A stretch of DNA of 63,084 bases, counting the filler, from Octopus bimaculoides (lineage: Eukaryota), in assembly GCF_001194135.2 (NCBI RefSeq). It is 6 parts of 6 records of this genome, joined end to end, with 100 filler letters (N's around TTAATTAATTAA, not from the genome) between each part and the next. Parts side by side here need not be neighbours in the genome. Positions count along the whole stretch, not along the records: positions 26,873 to 30,896 come from NC_068984.1; positions 30,997 to 41,404 come from NC_068997.1; 4 more parts are not named here. One strand, written 5' to 3'. Made by a program: the position numbers and the translations under genes. The notes beneath the pieces were generated by a model, which saw nothing but the letters and a program-made list of their open reading frames with translations, was not told the origin of the DNA and did not search any database. Position 1 is the stretch's first letter, and each line of letters opens with the position of its first letter. This document shows, in pieces, positions 26,873-39,880 of the stretch.

Positions 26873-29800
26873 ATATATATATATATATATATAATGACAG
26901 AGATTTAAATGTACCGGTAGACAGAACATTTTTATCATAGTTATCACAGCTTTGCCACTGTGATATAGTCGTCTTCTGTATGAATGCATTTCAGAGTAAT
27001 TAGCGGCATTCAAATTCTTGTAGCACAACATTATGATAGCTCTGTTTTCTGTAATAGAATAGTGTTTTGTGTGTTATCCTCCTTAATGATATATTTATAT
27101 AAATATGTTATTAAACTACAATTATTCAGTTGTTTATTATTCTTAAATCTGTGGTATTTCGTTTGTGTAATTTACCTGAAGGTTTAGAATAGATGTAAGG
27201 ATGGTCTAAACAAAAACACATCTCCGTTCAACTCTGGATAATTTGTTGCTACGTATAAGGTGTGTGTTTTCATATTTCTTACCATAAGAATGATATTTAT
27301 ATTTCTCCTTGTCTGTATCACATTTCTAGGTTTATTCTTTACTTATCTTATGCTCCTAAATATTTCGGGAATAATGTTGCATCCCCACAAGTGTAAAATG
27401 TTCAAGGTTTTAAATGATACACCTTGTAAACTTAAAGTTTACTGACCTTTTGTTATTCGTCTCAAAATATAAGTAGGGAAGGTGCACGCTCAACGCATAA
27501 TAAGCTTTTAATCCAATATGTGATTTTAAATTACGACAGTGAGAGTTGAATGAAATTACACAATTATTTCCAAATATTTTCAGAAAATCTTGCGACTGAT
27601 TAACATGCATTTCCCAGCATTCTTTGTTCTGTTGTCAAATGTTAGAACTGGGATTATTCATTAGTTCGTCCCCTTCTGCTATTTATACTTCTCTTATTGT
27701 GGTGCAGAGGTTCGCTTCATATGTTTTGATGTTGAAATATGTTTGTTTAACTGTCTTTTAATTTGTCCTCTGGTAGAACGTTTTAGTGTGCATTTCAAAT
27801 ATATATATATTTTTTGGTTGATTTTTGTTCTGAAAATTGTTTATTCTCCTCAAGTTTTAATAGGATCAGTTTTTACTATTTTTTTTACGTACAAATGCAC
27901 TTTTATGCTCATACAATTTATTCTCTCTTCTTTACCCGTTTTTTTTTCACATTTCTATCCTCTTTCTTATTTCATCCTATTTTGTTCTTTATTTATTTCT
28001 CTTTTAAATGTATATTTTCTTAGTATTGCCTTTATTTTCTATAAAATACTTTTATTCAGTTTCTTAGAGAAATAATTTTCTGGATGTCGATATCATCCAG
28101 GTTGCGAGTAAATTAGTTCATTTAAACATTTGATCTCCAATGCTTCTTTCAGAACAAATATATGAGGTGCCTGGCTATACTTCAGTATAATTTTCAAAGA
28201 TGTTTCTGATTGTTTCATTTATTTACTTCTTTCATTTTGTATTTACAGCTTCGAGATATGTTACACCTGTTCCTGAAATTATTGATTTTGTTATTACAAT
28301 TCTTTCCTTTGATTCTATTAGAAATACCTGCTGGTCGAATTTGCTTATTTTGTGGTTACATGAGGTTGCAGTATTTTAATGAAAATGTAAATATATATAT
28401 ATATATTGTTAGTGCGGGATATTCAACTGTTACAAATATATTCCCTTTCGTGTTAGAGTCTTGTCTTTTTTGTTGTTGATTTTGTTTTATGCACTATTTT
28501 CATTATTTAAAACATTTACAAAGTTTTGCTAATTTATTTTACGTTCTGCAATTTATGTATTCATTTCATTATCTTCAGACTTCATATATATTTTAAAATC
28601 TGTAATTTAAATGCTGTATGAATTCATACTGCAATTCATCCATTCTGTATGAATTCTCAGTGAAGCATTTTGCCTATTATGTTTGAAAATTTTTATTTAG
28701 TTTTGATAAATGTGAGCAGTATGCATCATATCTCCTTGAAGAAAAAGTTAACAAAACATAGAAGCGTGACGATTGACGATATCACAATTCTCAAAAACGC
28801 TGACTGGCAGATATTGTCCTTATTCCCATTATATTATTGATTACTCTATTGCATATCATTCGCTTTGTTAATACGAAATCACAGATATTATTGCTTTGCC
28901 TTTCATTATCTTGAGGTCGATAACCTAATGATGATGAACTATTATACATCGATCGACTTAATCGACTCCTCCCACTCTCATAAATTTGCAGTGTAGCAGT
29001 ATAAGAATGAATCAGCAACAAGTATTTTCTTTGCTTTTCTCCACATTTTTTTTTTTTTTCAAAAGAATACGTCATTCAATTTTTCGTAGCGAAAACTACC
29101 GGGGGTCAACTTTGAATTTTCTCAAACATGAGAATCAATGAAATAAATTCTGAAATTTCATTGGCAGATTTTCTACAAAATTTCAACATACGCTCTCTAC
29201 GGTAGAAACCAATATCATATGTATAAATTCCATTTTCCTAATCATACACACATACATACTATGTAGATTTCTATTTAGTTTCCAGTTACGGCATTCATTC
29301 TCTCCCTTTCTTCTTTTATTTTTATGCATTATATGTTTTAAGTTCTAAAGTATATTTCCATTGAAATACTGAATATAATTCATAGATTAGCTTTCATATT
29401 TTCTTTTCCAAAATTCTAAGTCATCGAATCAAATCTGCTCTGCGAGTCTTTAGATATTATTCCAAGTTCTTCGTTTTTCATTTTATTGATATTTTATTTC
29501 GAAGGGTAGGCTGCGTTCAGCTTTAAACGAATAATACAATATATTCGTGTTTATGTACGTAAGCAAATTTTCATGTATATAAGAATGTGTATATATGTGT
29601 GTCTCTGAGCCTGCGCGCGTGCATGCATATATACGTAATTGTGTTTATCGTCAAATATGCATGCACACATACATATATACATATATATATATAGGAATAT
29701 ATATATATATATAATCATAAATATATAGGGATTGACAGTAACCTGCTTCTCCAACATATTGAGAATTCAGAAATAGCAGCCAAAGAACTACTGATTCCAA

Positions 29801-29896
29801 AACTACAAATTTTACTCTAAATTGATAGCGATATTTTTGATACACACAGAACAAAAAACAGTAGAGTAGAGTAAAAAAAACACTTACCTTTAGTTA

Positions 29897-29958
29897 ATTT
29901 AGTACGATCGTTTCACAGTTAAGAGCAAAGAATACTCCATTCTGATCTTCAGCTATAT
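29897..29958 (-). ncRNA. Type I hammerhead ribozyme, array unit 1
   Basis: Minus: auauag-CUGAAGA-ucag..ggaguau/uugcucu..cugu-GAAA-cgaucg-UA-cuaaau; palindromic stem III ACGAUCGU; one stem I mismatch; U10.1-U11.1 mismatch. Confidence 0.7.
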
Positions 29959-30531
29959 ATTCTAATACATTTGCTAATGTCTAAATAACTCACGTTAATT
30001 TTGACCATGCGACATCAAGACCACGTGAGGCAGACGTTAAGAAATTTATCGGCCAGTGAGTTCAAAATCCCTCNNNNNNNNNNCACGTGAGGCAGACGTT
30101 AAGAAATTTATCGGCCAGTGAGTTCAAAATCCCTCACCCTAATGAATTCAATTCAGTGTGTATCATAAATAGTCCCGCATAGAAAAGATACTCGTACGAA
30201 CTTCTTGCGGTTTAACTATTCATCTTAGAGGTATTATTAAAATATAGATATGCAGGGCAGGGAATCGTCAATTAGTAATAAAATTAATAATTAACAATTT
30301 TGCCGGGTAGCTCAGTATGAAAAAACCTTTTCGGTAAAATCATTTATAATCATAAATATATAGGGATTGACAGTAACCTGCTTCTCCAACATACTGAGAA
30401 TTAACAAATAGCAGCCAAAGAAATACTGATTCCAAAACTACAAATTTTACTCTAAATTGATAGCGATATTTTTGATACACACAGAACAAAAAACAGTAGA
30501 GAAGAGTAAAAAAACCACTTGCCTTTACTTA

Positions 30532-30593
30532 ATTTAGTACGATCGTTTCACAGTTAAGAGCAAAGATTACTCCATTCTGATCTTCAGCTAAAT
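30532..30593 (-). ncRNA. Type I hammerhead ribozyme, array unit 2
   Basis: Minus: auuuag-CUGAAGA-ucag-aau-ggaguaa-ucu-uugcucu-uaa-cugu-GAAA-cgaucg-UA-cuaaau; perfect 6-bp stem I; GUA triplet; U10.1-U11.1 mismatch. Confidence 0.75.
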
Positions 30594-31194
30594 ATTTTAA
30601 TAAATTTGCTAATGTCTAAATAACTCACGTTAATTTTGACCATGCGACATCAAGACCACGTGAGGCAGACGTTAAGAAATTTATCGGCCAGTGAGTTCAA
30701 AATCCCTCACCCTAATGAATTCAATTCAGTGTGTATCATAAATAGTCCCGCATAGAAAAGAGACTCGTACGAACTTCTTGCGGTTTAACTATTCACCTTA
30801 GAGGTATTATTAAAATATAGATATGCAGGGCAGGGAATCGTCAATTAGTAATAAAATTAATAATTAACAATCTTGCCGGGTAGCTCAGTATGAAACNNNN
30901 NNNNNNNNNNNNNNNNNNNNNNNNNNNNNNNNNNNNNNNNTTAATTAATTAANNNNNNNNNNNNNNNNNNNNNNNNNNNNNNNNNNNNNNNNNNNNATAT
31001 ATATATATATATATATATACGCATATATGTATATATAAGCACATATGTATATATATACACACATATATAAAAAATATACTTATATATACATATACATAAA
31101 TACAAATATGTATATACAGAGGCAGCAATGCGGATAAATGAAATATATTAAATACTACAGCTTCTGTTGTATTTAACATATATTCTGTCTGTGC

Positions 31195-32832
31195 ACAAAT
31201 TTGGTCTACAAGTGCCGAGTAATAACACCACGCTCCTACCAAGCGGGGGTCTATATCGGAAGGCAGCACTGCTAATTTCAAGCACGACTACCGAGCACAC
31301 ATGAACTGTTTCTCCAATCCAAATTCTAAAGTTTCTACCTCTTTAGCAACTTATATACACAACCTCAAATCTCCAAATGTTCCCTACACTTTATCCTGGC
31401 ATATCGTAAATGAGGCTCCCCCATACAACAGAAACCTTGGCATTTGTAAATTGTGTTCAAGGGGATCGCTAACTATCCTTCTCAACCACAAGCCCTCATT
31501 ACTTAATAGATTCTCAGATGTAATACTCTCTTGTAAACACAAATTTACTCATCATTTGCCCAATTTATTAAATCTTTGTAATCGCATAACTATGATTATC
31601 TTTAATTATAATTAAAGTTGGGGGACAATTAAGTTAGCCTAGCAACTTATCCCCTTCACTAATACCACCCTTTCTACTAAATTAATCCTTCTAATGATTA
31701 CCTTTCCAAATTCTTCTTACCCACCTCATCCCACCACCCCCATGGGCTTCCCATTCTCACAAGTTATATTCTTTCCTCTTTCTCTTATTTTTCCTCTTCA
31801 ACCAAAAGCACTTACAAATACCTCACTAGCTACTAACCTATCAACTCACCCCCTCTCTATTTACCTCCCTTTATTCAATTTCATACATCTCTGCATACCT
31901 CAGTACTCCTCCTCCACCACCGACCCACCTTCATTATAGTACTAACCACTGCTGCCTTGATCCCCACACTGTCCACCCTCCTCTATCTTCTCTCATACCT
32001 CTCTACATACCTTAGTAATCCCCTTCTGCCGCCGAATAGACACTTTCCCTCCCTTAAATAATTGCCATCCCCTTTCTCATTATCTTAACTTCCAATATTT
32101 TTACAGCTAATATCCCTAAACTTTAACACTTATACACAAACCCAACAACTGACTCCCCTTCAATTACTATCTGTCCAATCTATCCCACTCATCTCTCAAC
32201 TCTCCACCTCTACTGCCACCTCCCTTAATACCCCTCCCTCTTCATAAACTAGCTCCCTTATCTCCTCTCATCATTCCTCGTCTTAACACTCTCCATAACC
32301 CCACCGACTTTCCTACTTCCTCCCTCTAATACTGCTTGCTCTCTGCATTTAATCATTCCACCTTTGAACTTCTCTGCACTATAATCTTCTACCCTAATAA
32401 CGGAGGCTCCATTTATCCAATGTTGACTGTTTCCATTACGGTTTGCATATTGTGATGAACTACATCTACCAATATTATGATGGATCTCCGAGCCCCCAGA
32501 AACAGCTGTTGGGCTTATAACACTTTACTTCCTCCCCTCTAATTTTCTCTCTCGTTTGTATTCTGTGTAAGCTGGAAATATTAATATATTTATTTTCAAA
32601 TATTCATAATCTGAAAGTTCTTGTTTTTTCTCGTTTTGCATGCATACATATATACATATTTTGTATTTCATACCCAAGCGGTTGTATCTAATATATTTCA
32701 TTTGTTTATCAGCATAATTGGCTCCATATTTGTTCGACTTGGTCCCTCTTTACCCAGCGGAATTGATTCCCTGTAAAAATATTAGAGTCTAAGTTTGAAT
32801 CATTTGAGGTCTACTGGATCTCATCTGTTGAC
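31195..32832 (+). mobile_element. Penelope-like element fragment (Naiad-type GIY-YIG C-terminus plus G-poor 3' region)
   Basis: NLVYKCRV...VYIG, frameshift, STANFKHDYRAHMNCF...TSLATYIHNLK...YTLSWHIV...CKLC...LLNR...SCKH matches the PLE endonuclease pattern VY..YIG..FK.RY..H..SF...LS.YIW.LK...W.I...C.LC...LLN...C.H. The extent beyond ~31600 is inferred. Confidence 0.75.
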
Positions 32833-32846
32833 TATATATATATATA

Positions 32847-33040
32847 GTGAGAATTTACAAGAAAACAAGACGAAGAAGGGTGTGTAAACAACAAGCAGTT
32901 GTATTAGTTTGACGTTCGGGAAGGTGAGAAAGTCTTTTACGTTTCGAGCCTACGCTCTTCGACACAAAGGAACACAGAAATAAACAAGGAGAGAAAATAA
33001 AAAAGGTTTAGTGGCTAGCGATCTATCATGGCGAATGCCG
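32847..33040 (-). repeat. Dispersed ~200-bp (TA)n-anchored repeat; second copy at 50838-51045 (+)
   Basis: Both contain cggcattcgccatgatagatcgct..ccact...gaagagcgtaggctcgaaac...cccga.cgt.a.actaat...tgtcttcgtc...aattctc.c.tatata. Confidence 0.85.
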
Positions 33041-33670
33041 ATACATACATATATATACACACACACAAGTACATATATGCATATACATACATGCATATAT
33101 AGGTCTCTGGATATATGTGAAAATGGGGCATTATATACACTATATATATATTCTACATGTATATATTCATGTATAAAAATGGGAATAAAAAATGAATATA
33201 TGCACTATTTCTGTAACACTTTCGCACATATCCAGAAACCTAAAATAACGTTATAAAATACCCATGTTTGAAACAGGATATACGAGATATTTATAAACAA
33301 ACTCAGCCTCCATAAACCACAAAAGTTAAAATCTTTATATTCTGATGAAATTGCTTACAGAACAATGAACATCTAAGGAGAAACATACAGACCAACAACC
33401 TCTACACCTAACCAAATCCTTTTGTGAACATCAAAGCACAAAAGAAACAATTTTCTATACTTAAAACGCCATGACATGCCTGACAAATATCCATTACCTT
33501 TCATGTAAGAATAGGAAATACCCAAAATAACAACTACAATAAGTAAAGAAAATGACCAGTTAAAATATACCACATATTTACATTTTTGTGAACCCCTAAA
33601 ACAGTTTATTACAAAACGTTGACACACCCAGTTATTAAGGCTTTAAATACTAGACTTTGTACCTTTGATA

Positions 33671-33888
33671 TTTACATTCTTTTCTACTCTAGACACAAGA
33701 CCCGAGATTTTTGGGGAGGGAACAGTAGAATAAATTGACCCCAGTACGCAACTGGCACTTAATTTATCGACCCCGAAAGGATGAAAGGCAAAGTCGACCT
33801 CGACAGAATTTGAACTCAGAACGTAAAGACAGACGAAATACCGCTAAGCACTTCGCCCGGTGTGCTAACGTTTCTGTCAGCTCGCCGC
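33671..33888 (-). mobile_element. SINE family A, full length
   Basis: Reverse complement gcggcgagctgacagaaacgttagcacaccgggcgaagtgcttagcgg...gagttcaaattc...aggccttgtg-like tail ending agtagaaaagaat. Confidence 0.9.
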
Positions 33889-34245
33889 ATTCCTTTGATC
33901 TTTATATTGTCAAAGCAAAGGTTAAACTCAATAAAACCAAAAATAACTAAACTACTAACACAAGAAAGGGATATACATAAGCATACACACTTGCGTACAA
34001 AGCTCAACAAGCATAAATAAATTCTAAACAATAACATAACTCCGCATTTAATTAATGACAATTTTTCCAAAATAACAACCCACCTTAAAACCTAATTACT
34101 ACCTCACTCAAACACACACCCAAGGGTGACTTTAACCCGACAAAGACGCTATAAAGTGAAGATTAACTCTAATGCACCGTAATCCATCGATGGCTTAACT
34201 GGCCGAGACTTCGAAGTCACTGTCAACAATATTCTTGTTGAACAA

Positions 34246-34462
34246 GGCGGCGAGCTGGCACAATCGTTAGCACGCCGGGCGAAATGCTTAGGGATTTTTC
34301 ACCTGTCTTCGTGTTCTGAGTTTAAATGCCGCCGGGGTCGATTTTGCCCTTCATCCTTTCGGGATCAATAAATTAAGCACCGGTGAAACACTGGGGTTAA
34401 TGTAATCGACTTACCCACTCCCCGCAAATTTCAGGCCTTGTGCTTATAGTAGAAAATAATAT
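34246..34462 (+). mobile_element. SINE family A, full length
   Basis: ggcggcgagctggcacaatcgttagcacgccgggcgaaatgcttag...caaatttcaggccttgtgcttatagtagaaaa. Confidence 0.9.
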
Positions 34463-35300
34463 TCTTGCTGAAGAATAAACTTGTATATATATATATATGT
34501 ATATATANNNNNNNNNNNNNNNNNNNNNNNNNNNNNNNNNNNNNNNNNNNNNNNNNNNNNNNNNNNNNNNNNNNNNNNNNNNNNNNNNNNNNNNNNNNNN
34601 NNNNNNNNNNNNNNNNNNNNNNNNNNNNNNNNNNNNNNNNNNNNNNNNNNNNNNNNNNNNNNNNNNNNNNNNNNNNNNNNNNNNNNNNNNNNNNNNNNNN
34701 NNNNNNNNNNNNNNNNNNNNNNNNNNNNNNNNNNNNNNNNNNNNNNNNNNNNNNNNNNNNNNNNNNNNNNNNNNNNNNNNNNNNNNNNNNNNNNNNNNNN
34801 NNNNNNNNNNNNNNNNNNNNNNNNNNNNNNNNNNNNNNNNNNNNNNNNNNNNNNNNNNNNNNNNNNNNNNNNNNNNNNNNNNNNNNNNNNNNNNNNNNNN
34901 NNNNNNNNNNNNNNNNNNNNNNNNNNNNNNNNNNNNNNNNNNNNNNNNNNNNNNNNNNNNNNNNNNNNNNNNNNNNNNNNNNNNNNNNNNNNNNNNNNNN
35001 NNNNNNNNNNNNNNNNNNNNNNNNNNNNNNNNNNNNNNNNNNNNNNNNNNNNNNNNAAACAAATTTTTCATTTACATTTTTTAGCATTTACTTATTCCTT
35101 TTATTTACTCAGGAGATAAAGTTCATTTCGCTTCTGATTCAATGTCGCAGTTATATATATTCTTAACGTAAGAAGATCACCTTATTTTTTCCAAAGCAAT
35201 CATCATTATCTCGTATTTGAGGTGTGTGTATTTCTGTGTATGTGCTTGTGTGTGTGTGTGTATGTCTGTGTGTGTGTATGTATGTAAGTGTGTGTGTGTA

Positions 35301-35362
<62 letters not shown>

Positions 35363-35807
35363 CGGTGCGGTGTGTGTTTGTATGTGTGAACTTCCATAAT
35401 ATGAAATCAACTGGGAGAATAGAATTGCTTTCTATGTCTTTTTTTATCCTTTGAGTATAAACTATGAAATAAAGCGAAAACGTATTTTCTCAATAATGTG
35501 ATTGCCAAGTTATATATACAATATGCATGTGCATATGCGCTATTAAGATTTTTTTAAATGTTAGTCTGCCACACACACACACACATCAGTTCACATGTTC
35601 GTTCCACACAAGAATATACGTACGTATGTGTCCGCTATAATTGCTCTGGCATTTATTCACTCACCTCCTTCTCCTCCTCATCTGTCTCTAAGGTTCTTTC
35701 TCTCACTGTGTGTAGCTCTCTTTGTGTTTTACTCATTGCCTCACACCAAGCCTAGCTTGTACACTCATCTTGTATCTCTCTTTTACTCTGTATTCGACTC
35801 TATTCAA

Positions 35808-35839
<32 letters not shown>

Positions 35840-36070
35840 GAGATAAAACATTACTGGAAATTTCAACCAACAAACCAACATCTTTTCACTTAACCTCTCT
35901 GTTGTCTTTCTTTTCTTTCCTTTCCTGAGCGTCCAATAACACAGCACTTGTTCCACGTCCTCGCGTTGTTGTCTTTTCTTGCTTGTTCTTGTTTGGATTG
36001 AGTATATATAAAAATATATATATATAAAGTTGTTGTATATTGTCAACTTAATGTGACAATCCCAATAAGG

Positions 36071-36104
<34 letters not shown>

Positions 36105-36362
36105 GGGTGGGATTTCTGTATTTACATACGTATGTGTGCATATGGATGTATCTTTTACTGGTTTGGTTTTTTTTCGAATTTTTCACCAATGAAGTCAGAG
36201 CTTGTTTCTTGTCCAGAAATCGGCATTTTCGTTTTCAATGCGAGTTTTTAATCGTTTTTAATGTGTTAAGGTGCTGTTCCCGTGGATGTACTTGCATGCA
36301 TGCATACATACATGCACATACATACACACACATATATGTATATATAAATATGCATATGTATC

Positions 36363-36398
<36 letters not shown>

Positions 36399-37754
36399 TA
36401 TAGAGGAATTCGGTATCTCTCTGGATATTATATCCTACCTCTTAGTATAAATATATATNNNNNNNNNNNNNNNNNNNNNNNNNNNNNNNNTATATATATA
36501 TATATATATGGATATATATATGTAACTAACTGACCCAGCACCAATCTTTGGAAGCTGAGCTGTACAAAACCAGAAAGAACAAGGCTAATTAGGAAACCAT
36601 AGCTACGAGCCATGAATGGTTCTGTGGAAATATGAAAAGATATTCCAGAAGTTAAAGGACCTGTAAACATGTACGTATGTTCATATGCGTATACACATGT
36701 TTGTACCCTTATATACATGAGTACATGTATACATAAATGACTGCTCGTAAATCCCTGCTTTTTCTCCATTGCAGAGAAATTCAAAAACTAAAGCATGTGA
36801 AATATACATATTTGCATGCATACACACGCGTATTGAAAGAAAGAGAACACTATATTACTGGTATTATTTTGGGGTCTACACTTTGGAAATTTGAAATTTC
36901 AGTTTGGAAATTACAGTTATGAAATTTGAAACTAAAACTTAATATAGCAAAATTAGATATGACAGACTAGCGAACAAAGCCAGAAGAGAACAGAGGTACA
37001 GGCAAATTGCAAGCTGTTTCGTTGTAGAGAATGTAAAGAAGACTTTCTAAAAAGTTTCACAACAGGCGACGAAATGCAGGCGAACGGTTTCTATGAAGAA
37101 ATAAAAGTAGTCGTTCTTGGGGTTTTGGCTCATTGCCATCGCACCCAAAAGAAATACGTAAGAATCGCTAAAACGCGAAGGTGATGTGGATTGTCTGTTT
37201 TGTTTAAAAGTGCGTCATTCATCAAAAGTTTGTTCCACATCATTTGATGTTTGTTGAAATGTTTCATTTGGATGCCCGAAAGCGTTTGAGACAAGCAATG
37301 AAAAGACAGAAATATAGATGGACAAATCCTAGATGTTTTACTACGACATAGTAGTTGTTAATGCGTCGCTACCCTCTCTGAGAATTCTTGTCATAACACG
37401 AAACGACTTCATCTCCTGCTCCCAGGCGCTTTACTTTCCATATTTGGCCTCTGCGAACTTTTTTCCTAAAGTTGAAATCCACGTTGAAAGGTTATCGATT
37501 TCAGACGATAAGAAAGATCGAAGGAAATCCTATCCAAGGTCTATGCATTTATTCTGGAAAACACGTCTTAGGACACATTTCTAACCTATAAAAACACTTG
37601 AAGAGAAGGGAACCTTTTGTAAGAAAAAGTCTGATTAACTTGTAATAAAAGCATTAATTCTTGTGTTATTAAATTCTTAGAAATATTTTGTGCAGACCTA
37701 TTTTTATTAATACGTAAATATATATATACATACGTACATACATACATACATACA

Positions 37755-37789
<35 letters not shown>

Positions 37790-38089
37790 TCACACACACA
37801 TATATAAGCATACATACGCATACATGCATTCTAACATGCATCTATATCTGTGTGTACGTATACGTATGTATGTATATATGTAAGTACATATATATGTATG
37901 CATACCACTACATACTGTGTACCAGCATCTCTGCGATCGAATCGGCTTCCAAAATCATTAAACCATATGATTTAGTCATTTCATAATAGTTTAAAAGGAC
38001 GAGCGTCATACCAAGATGAATTTTCTTTTGAATTCTACATCACCAGTGATGTTAAACAATGTGTACCAACAACTTCAATTTTCAATCTA

Positions 38090-39394
38090 CGAAGATGGGC
38101 TGAAAAGTTTATAGGCTGACTATGAAGGAGTGATGCTAAAGTTGTGACATCTTGCATGCATTCATTAATAACTGCATTGTTTCTTTCCAGGTAAACTGTT
38201 TAAAGATAACTTCAAGATAGCTTCTGACTGTTTAAAGATAACTTCAAAAGTAACTAGTAGCGACTTCTCTTGAAAATAGACAAAATTTGGCATCGAGCTG
38301 TCATTAAGTACGTTCAGAGAAAGAGTTTAGCCCTCAAGGGCATTCATGCTGACATGCTTGCTACATTAGGGGATAATGCTCCAGCTTTAATAACAGTGCA
38401 AAAGTGCTGAATTTAGGAGCGGGACGGAGAGCCTTGAAGATGACCCAAGGTCTGTACATCCTGAAACTGCTACCAGCGAGGAAAACATTGATCGTGTTTA
38501 CCACATGCTGATGGATGATAGGCGATTGACTATGAATAAAACAGCTAATACTATTAGCATATCCCGCGAGAGAGTTGAAAATATACTGCTCAATGAACTT
38601 GGCATGACGAAGGTTTCTGTTTGGTGGGTGTCACGTCTTCTGACTCCTGTTGAAAACTTACCAGATTGATCACATCATGGGAAATCCTGACATTGTTCGA
38701 AGCAGATCCAGCTAGTTTCCTTGAAAGTTTCTTAACCCAGGATGAGTGTTGGGTTGATCACTTTGAGCTAGAGATAAAGAGATAATCCATGCAGTGGAAA
38801 CATCCCTCCTCACCTGCTTCAAAGAAGGCCATGGTCATGTCATCTGCATGGAAGATGATGACCTCAGTTTTTGGGATGCAAAAGGTATTGTATTTATTGA
38901 CTTTCTTGGAAAAGGCCACATCATCAATGGAGAATATTATGTCAACTTACTAAGGCGGTTACGAAAAGCTACCAGCTATGAAACTAGCAGGGTAACTGAC
39001 GAAAGGGGTCTTCTTTCATCAAGGCAATGCTGCAACCCACAAGTCCTTGGTTTCAATGGCTGCTGCGCATGACTGTGACTTTGAACTGGTTGATCACCGT
39101 TCCTGTCTCCTGATTTGGTCCCAGCTATCATCTGTTCCCCAACATGAAAATAAAAAAACCCAAAAAACACTGGGTTGGGAACCAGCATCGCAATGATGAT
39201 GGAATCATATTTACTGTTGATGACGTTTTTTACCAAGAGGATGAAAGTTGCTTCACTAATGGGATCCAAGCACTGCAACACCGATGGAAGAAGTGTGTGG
39301 ATCGCAAGGCCGACTATATTGATAAATAAACCCCATTTGGTCACACTCCATGAGAATATTTTGCTCAGCCTATGAACTTTTCAGCCGACCCTCG
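38090..39394 (+). mobile_element. Full-length mariner (Tc1/mariner) transposon, transposase inactivated
   Basis: 30-bp TIRs cgaagatgggctgaaaagtttataggctga / tcagcctatgaacttttcagccgaccctcg (26/30 identical); 5' TA; 1305 bp; broken ORF ~38276-39329 with WVSRLLT (WVPRLL), FWDAKGIVFIDFL, SPDLVP (YSPDLAP) and QHRWKKCVDRKADYIDK. Confidence 0.95.
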
Positions 39395-39519
39395 TTTATG
39401 ATTGTAGTAATACCGAAAATCAACGACACCAAACTTAGAATTAGCATTCAATACAGCTATGGCCTACTTATACCTACACCTACTTATAAAAACTAAAAAC
39501 AAACTGCAATAAGTTGGCC

Positions 39520-39880
39520 ACAATTTTGTTTCATCTTCAACTGAATTCGGTCTACAAAATTACTTCCGATACATTTATTTACGCTTACGAGATGCTTGAC
39601 CGCAGTATCAGCATTCCAAAGACTAAGGCTCTTTCTCAATATCCATTCAGTGTAGAAGACCTCGTTAAATTACTATTCGAAGTGAGCTAATTGAATCAAT
39701 TTAATTTTTCATCTACTTCAGCTGTATCTTGTTTAATTCCTGTCCCCTCAAAGATGGCACAACTAACCGAATCCTTTGGGAACCTCTTAAACTGCGTCTT
39801 TCACAACTGTAATCTGAAACCGAAAACAAAAGCTTTGACGTTTCAGGCTGTTGTACTACGAACGATGCCGAACTTCAAAT
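39520..39880 (+). mobile_element. Decayed RTE-clade LINE fragment
   Basis: Translations SISIPKTKALSQ and ESFGNLLNCVFHNCNLKPKTKALTFQAVVLRT resemble RTE GLTISxxKTKV and AFGRLxxRVFxxxxLxxxTKxxVYxAVVL. Confidence 0.65.

Larger units (their letters stand above)
29711..30896 (-). mobile_element. Tandem array of a ~573-bp HHR-bearing unit (retrozyme-like or Penelope pLTR-derived), at least 2 copies, cut by a linker
   Basis: Unit starts ataatcataaatatatagggattgacag at 29711 and 30346; true period 573 from cacgtgagg at 30084 vs 30657; no ORF; begins at (TA)n; a partial inverted copy lies at 58727-58920. Confidence 0.8.

Noticed and set aside
26880-28800. 2-kb T-rich block resembling the antisense strand of a decayed retroelement
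   Set aside because: Only faint RT-like words (e.g. NNKRSVNF); too weak to assign.
30022-30135. 52-bp direct repeat around a 10-N gap
   Set aside because: Overlapping contig ends left unmerged; assembly artefact that inflates the period from 573 to 635.
31195-31615. Selenocysteine recoding reported for some Naiad PLEs
   Set aside because: No in-frame TGA at Cys positions in either fragment, and no convincing SECIS seen.
32445-32515. HHR-like motif in the PLE 3' region (GUGAUGA...GAAACAGCUGUU)
   Set aside because: C3 mutated without compensation; stems I and II do not pair; at most a relic.
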